From contig CM119264.1 of NCBI GenBank assembly GCA_051294375.1, positions 15,398,228 to 15,462,227 on the forward strand: 64,000 nt of DNA, written 5' to 3'. Below, one piece after another: positions 12,283 through 25,400 of this stretch; position 1 is the first letter of the stretch, and each line of letters opens with the position of its first letter. The notes under the pieces are model-generated. The model made no database searches. It saw nothing but the letters and a program-made list of their open reading frames with translations, and had not been told where the DNA came from. Origin of the DNA: Paraspadella gotoi (Eukaryota > Animalia > Chaetognatha). Position numbers and translations under genes: made by a program.

Positions 12283-13191
12283 AATTTTTTTGTCGGAAAT
12301 GGCGATTTTTGCAGCATAAGGTGCTATTAAAAAGGAGCAAACATTGTAGAGTATAAGAAATTCAAATTATTAAGATTTTATAAAAGCCATATTTAACTTA
12401 CATAATATGAAAATAAAGACCCATATAAATATTTTGGTAAGTTTATTTACAATTTTATATTTTATTAATAGTTTGTTAGCTATATTTATTAATAAATAAT
12501 AATAAAAAATAAGCTAAAGTGAAAAAATAAAAATTTTAAAACCGGATTTGAATTCCTTACAAAAAGTTGATATAAGAAAGTATAATCCATTTTAAAAAAA
12601 TTCTTCATTAAGTAGGTTAAAAATATTAAAAACTATTATTTTTGTTTAATTTTTTAATTTTTGGCTTAAAATTATAGTTTTTCTAAATTTTGACCAACTT
12701 AATGACATAATTTTGATATAAAAATTATATTTTCTTATATCAACTTTTTGCAAAGAATGCAAATCCATGAAAAAAATTTTGAAATTATTATTTTTTAACT
12801 TTAGCCCAATTTTTATTCATAATTATTAGTAAATATAGTTAACTAACTTTTTATAAAAACATAAAATTGAAAAATAAACTTACCAAAATATTTTTATAAG
12901 TCTTTATTTTTATATTTCAAAAGCTGATATAAATTTTATAAAATTTTAATAATTTGATTTATCATAACTTATAATGGTTTTGCTATTTTATAACAATTTT
13001 ATATACATTAAAAACCCTCATTTCCGACAAGAAAGATAAAATTATACAAAAAATGATCATCACCATCGAATTCTACAGACTACATTACACTAAAATTGCT
13101 ATGTACCTCACTTGATTTGTTATATTTTGTTATTTTTCAACGCTCTAATTGTTTGTCTATTAAATAAATTGTTGTTGCAAAAATATTCACT

Positions 13192-13907
13192 TAGGAGCCG
13201 ACGTCGTTTTTAGAGATCAAGGAAGATATTTTCAATGGAGATTTTCATTCAAATCTGACTACCAAACAATATAAACGTACCTGGGAAAAATGCCGGTAAA
13301 AAATTGATGTAAAAACACTTAATTCCGATCTGTTGTATCTGAAGGGCTCGCATTTTTTTTTCTCTTGTCAAATCATCAACATCTTGATATCAAATAAGCC
13401 AGAACAAATAGACTGCTTCTGGATGGAAAAATTTTCCATCTCTGATTTTATATAGAAATGAAAGGGATTTTTTTCCTTGAAAACGATATAAACGTGACTA
13501 AGGTATGTTCCTGTTCAACAAATGAGGTCCAATTTTGGAATCCTTTGGCAAAGTGTCTGAAGGGCTTTCAAAATTTTTCTTTACATTTTATTTGGTCATT
13601 TTGATATAATACGATCATGGTAAAGTGAATTAGTCCATTTTGGTGAAATTTTTATTTAAAGTAAAAGTGGAGCTAACGATCGGAATTCTAAAAGTTTTCA
13701 ACCGGGAGTCAGATTCGGGAAAAATCTTCTATGGCAAAAATCTTCCAAAGAAGGAGTGGATTTTCGAATATTTTGGTTAATATTTTCTATATTTATGGTC
13801 GGACTTTTTTTAAACTTAATATTAACAATATTGCCATCATTCTACCTTGGCCGGTATAAGAATATATTAAAAAAACCTCTGGCTTTGTTAGTCAGAGCTT
13901 AGTCCTA
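13192..13907 (+). mobile_element. Non-autonomous DNA element, TAGGA...TCCTA family
   Basis: Collinear with 31843-32563; termini TAGGAGCC / AGTCCTA. Confidence 0.7.
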
Positions 13908-15171
13908 TCAAACTATTCCTTTAATCTACAAACACGTCCGTCCGTCCCCCCTTAGCAAAATACTCCAATTACTCATAATTGGATTGATGGATTGGAATGA
14001 AATTTTGTGTGTGGTTAGCAAAGTGTGTGATTGTGCTAGACAAAGTTTCATTGGAATTGTTATGGAGGGTTAGTTAATTGTGTTGATGTGTGTCACTATA
14101 AAATTTTTGATATGAATCTTTTTTCTAAGTTTAACCCATAATTAACCTAATTAATAATAATTGGATGGATAGATTGAGTGAATAAATTTTGTGTGTGGGT
14201 AGGATTGAGCAGGATTTTTTGATGGAATCGTACAAGTGGAAATGAGTTAATTTGGAAAAAAAGTCAAATTGACATGAATTTTTTATCGTCGCAATCGCTC
14301 TGCGTTTGCGATGATATTGTAACACTTGCGCATAAGTGGCGTAGTTGTTGAAATTGGGTGAGGACAGTTATGAAATATGTTTTGTTTACGTTTTTTCTCT
14401 CTTTTTTTCTTTAATTATATGTAGCTATCTCTCTCTCTCTCTTTTCTCAGTGCTGATTCATAAAAAAATGAGTCTGCAGCTGGCTCTGCAGGGGCTCTTT
14501 CTTTTTCTCTCTTTTCTCCTGCTGCTTCTGCTGCTGCCTTTTGATTTTTCTTTTTTTCCGGCTGCCTCTGCTGCTGCCGCTGCTGATATCCGAAAATATT
14601 TTGGCTTCTCTCTTTCTCTCTTTTTCTTCTCTTTTTTTTTTCAGGGGCTGCGTCTGCTGATCAGTTTATTTGACAATGAAAATGAGTTTTTTTCTTCAGT
14701 GCGAAATCGCCAAATCGCGACTTAGCCATGACGCCCTTGCCATTTGGCGATTTAGCAGTGAACTACATCTAGCGTTATAGTTATGGGCGATTTCGCCTCA
14801 ACTAAACTCAGGTTAGGGTTGAGCAGGTAGTAGTTTGGGGTTATGGTTGAGTAGTTTAGGGTATCTTCCCCCAAGGAAGTCTCCCTAACGCCGCATACAT
14901 AGGCTCAACAATTTTGTCCTCACAGCCACTGACGCGTCAATGACCCGACCACATCAATCAGGCCTTTCATTTGCACAAGCCAAGGGGGCCAGCTCATTTT
15001 GAGCTCTATCTTAACTCTTATACTTTCGCTTTACTAATTGCTTAACTATCCCTCACCATTATTCTTCTTCAAGTTTCTCTCTTCTCTCTCTCTCTCTCTC
15101 CCCTCACCATTTCAATTTCTTTTCACAAACTAGCTCTATTTGTTTAACTTTAACCTGTCCTCACAACTGAC

Positions 15172-15724
15172 CGCTAAGGCGTAGTGAAAGTTACATACAA
15201 AAATTCTAAAAGTCAATTATAAACAACATACCATCAGTGAACATTAATTTGTAAAAAAAATTAATTTTTTTAAATTTTTGCAGTAGGCTATATTTATATA
15301 TAGTACTATCCTTATAAAAACAAAAGTTGATAAAAGAAAATATAAATCATTTTTAAAAATTCTTTCATTAAGTGGGTTAAAAATTAAAAAAACTATTAAT
15401 ATATAAAAAGTTGATTTTTAGCTTAAAATATAGCTTTTTCTAATTTTTGACCCACTTAATGAAGGAATTTTTCAAAAAGAGTATATACTTCTTTATATAA
15501 ACTTTTTATGACGAATCCAAATCTGCAAAAAATTTTTAAAAAAACTGTTTTGAAATTTTAACATTTATTGGTTTAGTACTAGAAAAATATGGCCTACTGC
15601 GTAAATTGTAAAATTTATTAACAAGTTTTTTATTACATAAATGTTCATTAGTATAATGTTGTTCGTTCCTCACTTTTAAAATTTTAATTAAAGTTAAATT
15701 TAGGAATTTTACTACGCCTTACTG
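15172..15724. mobile_element. MITE with (CAG)TAAGGCGTAGT TIRs, apparent 2-bp TSD
   Basis: TAAGGCGTAGT / ACTACGCCTTACTG inverted ends; host actgac|...|accactg implies an AC duplication; same family as 52050-54626. Confidence 0.7.
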
Positions 15725-15835
15725 ACCACTGTCCTTTATAAACTCTGTGTTGGAAACTTTGCCCATTCCCTCTCTCTTTCTCTCTCTTTCACTCTTTTCC
15801 TTATGCACACAATCTGTTTTAAATTCACAATCGTT

Positions 15836-15877
15836 AATGCTGATGAAGACTTGTACCTAAGCCGAAACATGTCCATT
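15836..15877 (+). ncRNA. Minimal type-I hammerhead ribozyme
   Basis: AAUG-CUGAUGA-A-GACUU(GUACCU)AAGCC-GAAAC-AU-GUC^CAUU. Stem I AAUG/CAUU; one mismatch in stem II; predicted cut after 15873. Confidence 0.75.
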
Positions 15878-15994
15878 CTAATAAAATAAATTCGTTGACA
15901 ATAATTTCAAACTCTTCTAATTAATTTTACGCAACGAAAAAGAAAGGTTTACATCACAATGATTTTTTTTAGTATAAGAATTTGTCAATCCAGA

Positions 15995-18900
15995 TTTTTA
16001 GTCGCATCTGCTTATCAGCAGATCCCGACTCTATAATTCACTTTGTCGGTCCGTCGGTCCGCCCCCTCAATATTGTCGGGCACACACTTATATCATGTCA
16101 GAACATCCAATTATGATTAATTATGCAAAAAAACCGATGTCCGTCCGTCCGTCCGTCCCACCTTAGCAAAAAACTCCAATTACTCGTGATTGGATGGATG
16201 GATTGGTATGAAATTTTGTGTGGGTAGGAAACTATGTGATTGAGATGGATATGAAGTTTCGAGGGAATCGTGCGAGTGGAAATTGGTTTAAATGGAAAAA
16301 ACAAAAAAATATATCTCACTATTTGAACGCCAATTGCTCATGAGTGGATAGGGCAATTGACTTGAAATTTTGTATGATGTAGGAAAGTGTGTGATTGAGC
16401 TGGATATAAAGTTTCGATGGAATCGTGCGAGTGGAAATGAGTTAAAATGGAAAAAACAAAAGTCATATTTACTTGAAGTATTTTTACTTAAATTTACTCA
16501 TAATTATTATGTTTATTAAAAATTGGATAGATAAATCGAAATTGAATTTTGTGTGTGGGTAGGAAAGTATGTGATAAAGCTGGATATAAATTTTTTGTTG
16601 GAATTGTAGGAGTGGAAAGGAGTTCAAATTATAAAACCAAAAGACACATTTATTTGAATTTTTTAAAGTTTCTCTCTCTCTCTATCTCTCTCTGATTGAT
16701 TCATTGATTGACCAAATTATGCCAATTGACAAAAATATGCCAGTTGACCAAATTAGGCCAGTTGATAAAATTATGCCAGTTGACCAAATTATGCCGGTTG
16801 ACCAAATTATCTTAATTGGTCAAATTATGTCAGTTGACCAAATTATGTCAGTTGACCAAATTATGCAAGTTGATTAAATTATGCAAGTTGACCAAGTTAG
16901 CTTATTACCACTTAATTATCGATTGACCTGGAATTTTGTATGTGAGTAGAAAAGTATGTGATTGAACAGGAAACCAAGTTTCGATGGAATCTTTTGAGTG
17001 GAAATGAGTTTAAATGGAAAAAAACAAAAAACCTGTTTCACTAATTGATTATGATTCTTTTTCCTTTTATATTAAATGTATATGCCGGATGTATTAATAA
17101 ATCAAATAATTAATCAGTTAAGTAATCAATTAGTCAATTAATTAATCAATAATTAATTAATCAGTCAATCAATCCGTCCATCCATCCCACCTTAGCAAAA
17201 AGCTCCAATAACTCGTGATTGGCTGGTTGGATTGGATTGAAATTTTGTGTGTGGGTATGAAAGTGTGTGATAAAGCTGGATATAAAGTTTCGACGGAATC
17301 GTGTGAGTTTAAGAGGAAAAAAACATGTCGCATTTACTAAAATATTTTTACTTATTTTAACCAATAAGTACTCTAATTAATCATAATTGGATGGATAGAT
17401 TGAGTTCAAATTTTTTGTGTGGGTAGAAAAATGTGTAACGATGCTTGATATAAAGTTTCGGTGGAAACGTACTAGTGGAAATGAGTTTAAATGAAAAAAT
17501 ATGAGTCACATTTACTTGAATCTTTTTACTTATTTTAACCCATAAGATTGAGATGAAATTTTGTGAGCGGGTAGGAAAGTGTGTGAAGAAGCTAGATATA
17601 AAGTTTTGACGGAATTGTGCCAGTGGAAATAAGTTTAAATGGAAAAAAAACATGTCACATTTACTTGAATCTTTATTATTTATGATTACTAATTTATGAT
17701 TACTAATAAATGTTTTAATTAATTAATTAATGTGAAAAAATGATGCAATTTAAAAAAATTATGCAAGTTGAAAAAATGATGCAAGCAGAAAAATGATCCA
17801 AGTTAAAAAAATCCTAAAAGCATAAGGATCGTCGCAATTGCAAAGAGAGAGAGAGAGAGAGCAGAAAAATGAGCATAAGGATCGTTGCAATTGCAAAGAG
17901 AGAAAGAGTCCGAGATAAAAATTAGCGAATAAAAAAATTATTTTACTCACTGAATAAAAATACTTAAAATACTTACAAAATACATAAAATTGATAAAATT
18001 ATTATTCCGATAACATTGTTTAATCACATGCAATATATCTAGTAAGGCAGCCCAAAATTGAACACTTTTTATAACTTCTAGTTCTCTCAAAAAAATTTCT
18101 TTTTTCCTTCTACTATTAAATCGATTTTCAATGTAACTTTTTGAATTAGTTCATTGGGTTGTTGCACTGAAGATTTTAAATATTTAATAATATATAACAA
18201 ATGACAAAAAAAATTTTAAAAATGTTATTTTTTAAGAACGGGTTTTTATAGAGCTTAAAAAGTTAAATGAAAATTAGTACTATAATTTTTTCAAATTTTG
18301 ACAATAAATTGGTTAAAAAATCATCATCATGATCGTTTTTGGCTGAATTTTATTTTTTTTAATTTTTCATTAATTAAACAAAAAAATTTTAAAAAGTTGT
18401 ATTAATAACCTTTATCTAACTTTTAAAGCTCTATCAGAAACTATAAAAAAAAATTGATAAGCAAAATTTTAAAAATTATTTTCATATTATTTAATAGTCG
18501 CTTAACCATTATTTATTTGAGAGAACTTCTAGTTTTCAACCTGTTCCGGCCTAATATCTAGTAAGGCGGGCCAAAATTGAACACTTTTTATAACTTCTAG
18601 TTCTCTTTAAAAAATTTTTTTTCCCTTTTACTACTAAATCGATTTTCAATGTAACTTTTTGAACTAGTTCATTGGTTTGTTGCACTGAAGCTTTTAAATA
18701 TTTATTAATATATAATAATTATATAAAGTTTTGACGGAATTGTGCCAGTGGAAATGAGTTTAGATGGAAAAAACATAAGTCACATTTACTTGAATCTTTA
18801 ATATTAATGATTACTAATAAATGTTTTAATTAATTAATTAATGTGAAAAAATGATGCAAGTTAAAAAAATCTTAAAGCATAAAGATCGTCGCAATTGCAT

Positions 18901-19062
18901 AAATGTAAACAAAAAATATTTATTAACTGTCCTAACCCAATTTTAAGGACATCGATGATGATAAGTTGAATATAAATTTAAAATTAATTAATAATTATTA
19001 CATATTAAAATTTATTAATTAATTATCGTAGGGAGATCCAACATTGTTTGCTCAAACTTGTT
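15995..19062 (+). mobile_element. HINE/DINE-1-like element family 1, full length
   Basis: 5' TTTTTAGTCG(G)ATCTGC subTIR plus IR hairpin, (GTCC)n microsatellite, internal 18-bp array; 3' GAGATCCAAC subTIR, GTTTG-CT-CAAAC hairpin and TTGTT. Inserted into the T-run of AATCCAGATTTTTCTTATGCG (empty site seen at 8391-8411). Confidence 0.8.
16708..16895 (+). repeat. 18-bp minisatellite (TTATGCCAGTTGACCAAA)n, ~10 units
   Basis: Direct inspection; lies within HINE-1. Confidence 0.9.
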
Positions 19063-19342
19063 CTTATGCGATTGCGACGATCCTTATGCTTTTAAGATTT
19101 TTTATTTTTTAATTAATTTTCTCTGGCGAGATTTTTTTCAACCGTCTTAATCCATATTAATAGCAGTTGTCCTGGTGTTCTGAAAGTATTTGACAGACTG
19201 TCCAAACTATGGGGCAGACATGGACCGAAAATTTTTTTGTACATTAGCTGTCAAACTTGTTTGACTTAATAGGTTGCAAACTTTCTAAAACACTCTTGGA
19301 AGACGTTTTTAATATTTTTCTACAATGACTTTATTTGTAAAA

Positions 19343-19380
19343 AACGTACATGTTTCGGCTTACAAGCCTTCTTCAGCATT
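19343..19380 (-). ncRNA. Minimal hammerhead ribozyme
   Basis: Minus strand: AAUG-CUGAAGA-A-GGCUU(GU)AAGCC-GAAAC-AU-GUA^CGUU. Its inverted partner at 19551-19590 (+) is degenerate (core deletion, AUA). Confidence 0.75.
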
Positions 19381-19691
19381 AACAAATATTTTTTGTGAAT
19401 TTTGAAATTATTTTGTCCTCACATCTGACCACTATTTTTTTCTCATCTCTGTGTTAGAAACTTTGCCCTCTTTCTATTTTTCTCTCTTTCTCTCTCTCTC
19501 TCTTCTTCTTTTGCTCAAAATAATTTTAAAATTCATAAAAACAATTTGTTAACGCTGAAGGCTTGTATGTTAGCCGAAACATATACGTTTTTTACAAAAA
19601 AGTCTTTGATGGTATATCCTTTCTTTTCGTTGTTGTATAGAGATTTACAAGAAATTTTGAATTGTTACAACGATTTTATTATTAATGAGTT

Positions 19692-19735
19692 GCAGACATG
19701 TTTCGACTCAGAGATTTTCGAGTCTTCATCAGCGC
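19692..19735 (-). ncRNA. Minimal hammerhead ribozyme
   Basis: GCG-CUGAUGA-A-GACUCG(AAAAUCUC)UGAGUC-GAAAC-AU-GUC^UGC; core intact. Confidence 0.85.
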
Positions 19736-19792
19736 TTTTGACAGTTGTGAATAATGGGACAATTTGTGAGTTAACTCGCACAACTGTCAAAA

Positions 19793-19836
19793 GCGCTGAT
19801 GAAGACTCGAAAATCTCCGAGTCGAAACATGTCTGC
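19793..19836 (+). ncRNA. Minimal hammerhead ribozyme (sense to RASGEF1 pre-mRNA)
   Basis: GCG-CUGAUGA-A-GACUCG(AAAAUCUC)CGAGUC-GAAAC-AU-GUC^UGC; core intact; predicted cut after 19833. Confidence 0.85.
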
Positions 19837-19976
19837 AACTTATTAATAATAAAATCGTTGTAACAATTCAAAATTCCTTGTAAAAAAGTCTATGTAGAAA
19901 AACATTAAAAACGTCTTCCAATACACAACCACAACGAAAATTCTTTAATTTGGGAAATTATTTTCTGAACCAATAG

Positions 19977-20059
19977 GTTTGAATCTTGCCCCAGTACTTC
20001 GATTGAAAAAAACTTGGAACAAAATTGATAGGGAACAACTCAATGCCTTAGAACATCAG
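19977..20059 (+). CDS. RASGEF1: RASGEF1 internal exon
   Basis: caatag|GT...CAG|gtaaga. Translates (G)LNLAPVLRLKKTWNKIDREQLNALEHQ versus human GMNMSPVSRLKKTWAKVKTAKFDILEHQ; phases compatible with both neighbours. Confidence 0.93.
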
Positions 20060-22793
20060 GTAAGAAAAAAGTGACTGTAACTCAATCTTCTGCAGGTTGG
20101 AATTTCTAAAGATAATCAGATATGATTATATTTAAAAACATTGAAGTGGCGACCCAAGAGCGTCAACACATCTATCTTTGTCTCTTATTATTTTTGAGAG
20201 AAGTAAAGCAAAATTAAACAGGGTTAGCAAAAACCTGTTTTTTATCGTCGCAATCGCTAAGCGTTTGCGACGATATTGTAACACTTTTGCGCATAAGTGG
20301 CGTCGTCGTCGGCGTTCCAAATTATAGATCGCCTTTTTTATGATTAAATTTGGGTTTATGAAGCTGAAAATTTATATACAGCTTCTCATCATCGATGTGC
20401 TTAAAATTGAGTCTGGACAGTTATTAAATGTTTTGTTTACATTTTATCAAAACAAACAAATTTTCTCTTTTATTTTCATATTTCTCTCTCTCTCTCTTTT
20501 TTCTTTTAATTACATGTCTCTCTCCCTCTCGATTTGAAAAAACAAGTCGAATCATATGTTTTTGTATAAATAAAATTTGTTGCAAACTAAAACTTTGTCA
20601 ATCTCTAAATACTTCAGTATCTAAAATCTAAGTGTTTTAGTAAAATTAAAAAACTCGAAAACATTTTTTGTTTTTTGTTTTGCTTTTTGTTTTCATATAG
20701 TTCCGCTAGGGAAATAACAAAAAAATAAAGAGAAGGATAAATTCATATTAATTTGTTTTAAATTGTGCGCAAAGAATTGTGAGCATATTTTGTTTAATTA
20801 ATATGGTAATTATTTGATAAAATATTAGTTGCCTTTAAAATTTACATTCCTGCTGTTATCGAGAGTTGCTACGATCCTTTTTACTATGTTAGTCTGGCAA
20901 CCTTCCTACAGGACAGGTTGGAATTTCTTTACAAAACCTTGGTACCAAAATAAGAGATTTGAGATAAAAAGGATTTTTTGTTACAGACGCCAAAAGTTTT
21001 TGTAATAAAAATTGGGTTACTCCAATATGCAAATGAGATTAACGTTTCAAAGTAATATTTTAATTTAATAAAAATTTATTAATCTTAAATAAAAATTAAA
21101 ATAAATTTTAAAAAATCCAATTAAAATACTAGTATTTAGAGTTTGATCAGCAGATATGATAAAAATAATAATATTAAGCAATAAAAAGCACATAAAAATA
21201 CTATTGCAATCAAGGTTTCTTGTACCTTAATCTTGAAAGATAGTGAGACAGTGAAGCAATGACAAAAAGCCATTGAGACAGAGAGAGATACAGTTCAATC
21301 AGTTTTTTATTTGCTCACAACCATTTTGGTATTGTTTACTTGAATCATATCAAAATATTTTAATAGCACGGATTTTTCAGATACTTTTCTTTCCCGCGCA
21401 CTCTTTAATTAATTTTAAGTAATGATTTTAAAGACTAAAAAGAATTAATAATTGTTTTTGTCATTCTCTCTATCTTTGTCATGATTATATATATTATATA
21501 TATATATATATATTGCGGTCTTTGCCTTACCTGCAAAAAGAATAAAAATGTTGATTCCTTCTAGAATAAAAAAATACTTTTATGTAGGGTGATGGCAAAC
21601 AAGAAGGTGAGAAAACTTTTTTTCATCTTGTTGGTGTTAAATTTTGTTTTTCTACATCATTTGAGCTAATAAGATATGAGAGCAAAAAAAATTAGTATTA
21701 TTTAAGAATTTTAATTTTGGAGCTACTTGTACATTAATAAAAAAGTGAGGGTAAATCTTTCATTTGTCATTAGTGAGGGTCAGTTTTATCAAATTCTAAC
21801 TTTTATTTCTTTATACTATAATAAAGCCTATAACCAGAAATTATAGTTTTGCTCAATCTGTGTTTTTTTTTCTCTCTTAGTTTCCTTCTATATTTCTTAT
21901 TTTTTTCCAGAAAAAACTTTTATTTTTGTTAAATCTTTTACCACTGATGATAACTTAAAAAATTAGGCAAAATATTTGGCAAAAAATATTCTTTTTGTAC
22001 TTACAAATAAAATTGTCAAAATTATATTGTGGGAATAAATAAAGGAGATTGTGAAAGAGTCTTGATTGAATGCTTGTAAGGAACTGCTCTGTTATTATCT
22101 TGTATACCACGTCGCCAAAAAAAGTATTTTTTTTACATTGAAAAAATCGTATTGGATGGCTGAATTTTATAAAGATATGAAACATAAAATAAAATGAAGC
22201 AATTGGTCCAAGTCCCAATAAAATTGAGCAAAGCGTTCGAAAATTATAGGACGACCAAGTTGATTAGTACAAAAATCAAAAGATAAGAAATTAGTTTTCG
22301 TCAAAAAGAATCTATGACTTTTCCTTATTAAAAATGTTTATAATATGAAATTGGCTGAGCATTGAATAGAATATCATAGAATAGCATAGAATATCTCTAG
22401 GGATAGGTTTCAACCATTTTTAATCTAAATCAAATTAAAATAAGTAAGGAAACTATATAAAAAATAATTAATCATCAACTTAACTTTCAAAAATCATTTT
22501 TTCCTAATTCCGTTTTCAGACTCTGACTTTAAAGTATTGTTGTATTCTACTGCCTGAACCCAGGGGCGGCAATAGAGATACGGTCATGTGGTTTTTTTCT
22601 TTTCTTTCTTTCTTTTTTTCTCTCTTCTCAGGGCCCTGACCTCTTTCCGCCCCTGCCTAAACCAATTATTTTTTTTTTTCCACCAATCGATAGCTTATTA
22701 AAAAAGCTATATTTTTTTAAATTAAAAAAGAAATAGTTGTACCAATTTCATAATAAAAATGAATTAAAAAAAGAATTAATTTGTAAAAATCCT

Positions 22794-23065
22794 ATAGCCA
22801 TGTTAATTTTATTAGATAAATTAGCTTTTTCATATATTTTTTATTATACAGAATTTATATAAACAACTATCAAAACAAATTAAAATATTTGTTTATTTTT
22901 AAATAATTATTAATAAATTGTTTATGCTCTTTTTTTGGCTTAAACAATTTAATAATAATTATTTTTTTTAAAAAATGTTTTAATTTGTTTTGATAGTTAT
23001 GTGAATTTTGTATAATAAAAAATATTTGAAAAACCTAACTTATCTAATAATATTAACATGGCTAT
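22794..23065. repeat. ~270-bp AT-rich imperfect palindrome (fold-back MITE-like)
   Basis: ATAGCCATGTTAAT...ATTAACATGGCTAT ends, with inverted homology continuing inward. Confidence 0.7.
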
Positions 23066-24650
23066 GATGATGCATTAGGCGCATTAGACTGCTGCATTAT
23101 CTTTTACTTAACAACTTTTTTCATCTTTTTTTTTTAATACTTGGTTCTGATAATACATCCCGACTCCAGAGGTAAATAAAAATGATAAATTTGCTCACAG
23201 AAAGGTTACCCAGAGCCTTATAGCTTTTATTTATATGAAATTGGTACAACCAATATAAAAATTATCCATTCATTTAATAATTAAGCTATCTTGCCTCTGA
23301 CTTTGGACAGGCTTTGGTAGTTTAAGGCCTCCATCACATTACAATATAAAAAGAATATTCTGGAGCATCTGTATTTTTAATACCATTTTTTTTAGTCTGT
23401 TCTGCTTATCAGCATAATCCGATTCTATAATCCACTTTTTCAGTCTATCGGTCCCCCTCTAAATCTTATCAGTAAGTAACTTATATCATCTAAAAACATT
23501 ATATTATAAAACTTTTAAGATTTTTTAAATGAAAAATTAATGTTATGGTTTAAAAAAAAAGCTGAAAAAAAAACTTAAAAAACTTTAAAAAACGTATAAA
23601 GATCCCTTAAGAAAAAGGGTCATTCAATTCAACTTTAAAATAGGCTAAAATGGAGTACAAATTCAGAAAGCTGAGCTCCTGGCGATTCCGAAAATGTATT
23701 CACTTTAAGCATTTGATGCATTCTACCCCATTTTATATCGGTTTTAATTATAATATAAAATAAAAGAAACCTATCTGAAGAGTTGCAGGTCAAACGAAAA
23801 GGCCAATCCACCTGATATTTTTTATGAATTTTTTATTACTGAATTAGAAAAATGTAATAAAGAGACATTTTTAAATTTCAACTTGTATCCTTGAAAATGA
23901 AACGTTTTTAAACTTTAACCCTGAATTCTTTCTAACTGGAACGCGTTTATCAAAATGTCTCTCTATTACATTTTTACAAATGTTTTTAAGATTGCTAATC
24001 AAATTTTTAATTCAATATTATTGCAGTCGTTTAGGCTGCAACTCTTCAAATTCAGTGTTGATTCATTGTAGCTCGAATTTCTTTACCATCTATTTAACTG
24101 AAGATTTTGTTCATGACTGGAAAACCAACAGAGTAACGAGATTAATTGCTTAATTCTCCCCTTCTAAATTATCCCATACCGTGTTTTAACTTCTTACCTA
24201 GAATTTTTTAACAACCAGATTGAAAAACAAATCTTTAGAAAATGTGCTTACCCATTTAACTTAACAATTTTGTTATTTACCCATTTAAAAAAAATTATTG
24301 AAAACGGAATGTTTACATATAAATAAGAACTTATTTTTTTGTGATTACTGATGACTATAATGTATTTCTCGATATATTAGCTCTAACACATCAATGATTA
24401 CGTATTGTTATGCTGAATGACCTTTCCTCTTAAGCAAAGAGGAGGGAAAAAGGTAAATTATTTAATAAAATATAATAGGCATTTATAATCTTGATATCAA
24501 TAAAAAATTACAATTTTTATCATTTAGCTGATTAGCTAAATTATCATCACATTGTTTGCTCCACCTTGTTTTTTTGGAGCACTGCTAAACAAATGTTTGG
24601 GGTTCAGACTATTTAAGGCAGTTTTTTGACAGCCTAGTGGTTTCTTTCAG

Positions 24651-24760
24651 ATGGATCCGACTTCGAACTTCCTATGTTATCGCTCTGCTTTAAAAGCCGC
24701 CAAATGGCGGTCTTCTGGGAATTGGGGCTTCCAAGGAAAGATTATTGTTCCTTTTTTCAG
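24651..24760 (+). CDS. RASGEF1: RASGEF1 internal exon
   Basis: tttctttcag|ATG...TTCAG|gtatta. Translates MDPTSNFLCYRSALKAAKWRSSGNWGFQGKIIVPFF(S) versus human MDPSSNFYNYRTALRGA...KIVIPFFS. Confidence 0.93.
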
Positions 24761-24776
24761 GTATTATGTTCGAAGG

Positions 24777-25339
24777 TTTTTTATCGTCGCAATCGCTTAG
24801 CGTTTGCGACGATATTGTAACGCTTTTGCCCATAAGTGGCGTCGTTGTCGTCGTTGTTGTCGTTGGCGTTCCAAATTATAGATCGCCTTTTTTATGATTA
24901 AATTTTGGTGTATGAAGCTGAAAATTTATATACAGCTTCTCATCATCGATATGCTTAAAATTGTGTCTGGACACTTATTAAATATGTTTTGTTTATGTTT
25001 TATCAAAACAAACAAATTTTCTCTCTTTTATTTTCATATTTCTTTCTCTCTCTCTTTTCTCCTTTAATTACATGTCTCTCTCCCTCTCTCTTTTCCCTAA
25101 TCACAGATTCATAATCATAGGGAAAAAAAACGAGTCTGCAGCTGGCTCTGCAGGGCTTATTCTTTTGCTCTCTTTTCTCCTGCTGCTTCTGCTGCTGCCT
25201 TTTGAGTCTGCAGCTGGCTCTGCAGGGGCATATTCTTTTTCTCTCTTTTCTCCTGCTGCTTCTGCTGCTGCCTTTTGATTTCTTTCTCTTTTTTTTGGGT
25301 GCCTCTGCTGCTGCTAATTTGTCTGAAAACGATTTGGCT

Positions 25340-25400
<61 letters not shown>

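Larger units (their letters stand above)
14860..15960 (+). mobile_element. Penelope-like element 3' end: ORF tail, pLTR, hammerhead and terminal tail
   Basis: ORF end GIFPQGSLPNAAYIGSTILSSQPLTRQ* (14860-14943) is homologous to 41453-41545; pLTR with hammerhead at 15836; CAACGAAAAAGAAAGG tail at 15932. Interrupted by the MITE at 15172-15724. Confidence 0.75.
14279..19103 (+). mobile_element. Helentron-associated (HINE/DINE-1-like) element family 2, hosting nested PLE, MITE and HINE-1 insertions
   Basis: 5' T-run plus subTIR ATCGTCGCAAT with adjacent IR TTGCGATGAT; 3' subTIR ATTGCGACGAT plus hairpin ATCCTTATGCTTTTAAGAT at 19071-19099. Internal blocks match the uninterrupted copy at 24777-25868. 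Confidence 0.7.
19606..19881. mobile_element. 276-bp PLE-derived inverted-repeat cassette with two hammerheads
   Basis: Arms 19644-19749 and 19779-19884 are near-perfect reverse complements; 10-bp TSD AAAAAAGTCT at 19596-19605 and 19882-19891; terminal tail on the left (minus) arm only. Confidence 0.85.

Noticed and set aside
14345-14725. Hydrophobic Leu/Phe/Ser ORFs (also 25072, 25202, 50818, 5671)
   Set aside because: Translations of (CT)n/(CTG)n tracts within HINE-2 or GA-rich low-complexity DNA.
19546-19871. Mirror ORFs on both strands encoding the same peptide
   Set aside because: Consequence of the DNA palindrome; the conserved feature is the ribozyme.
20850-20892. VIESCYDPFLL resembling RASGEF1 IITVCNDPYTL
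   Set aside because: Wrong gene order, followed by a stop, and derived from the HINE-2 end TTGCGACGATCC.
24633-24650. Alternative in-frame acceptor (ttttttgacag) adding PSGFFQ
   Set aside because: Homology (LEHQ|MDP) is fully satisfied by the 24651 acceptor; no evidence of use.
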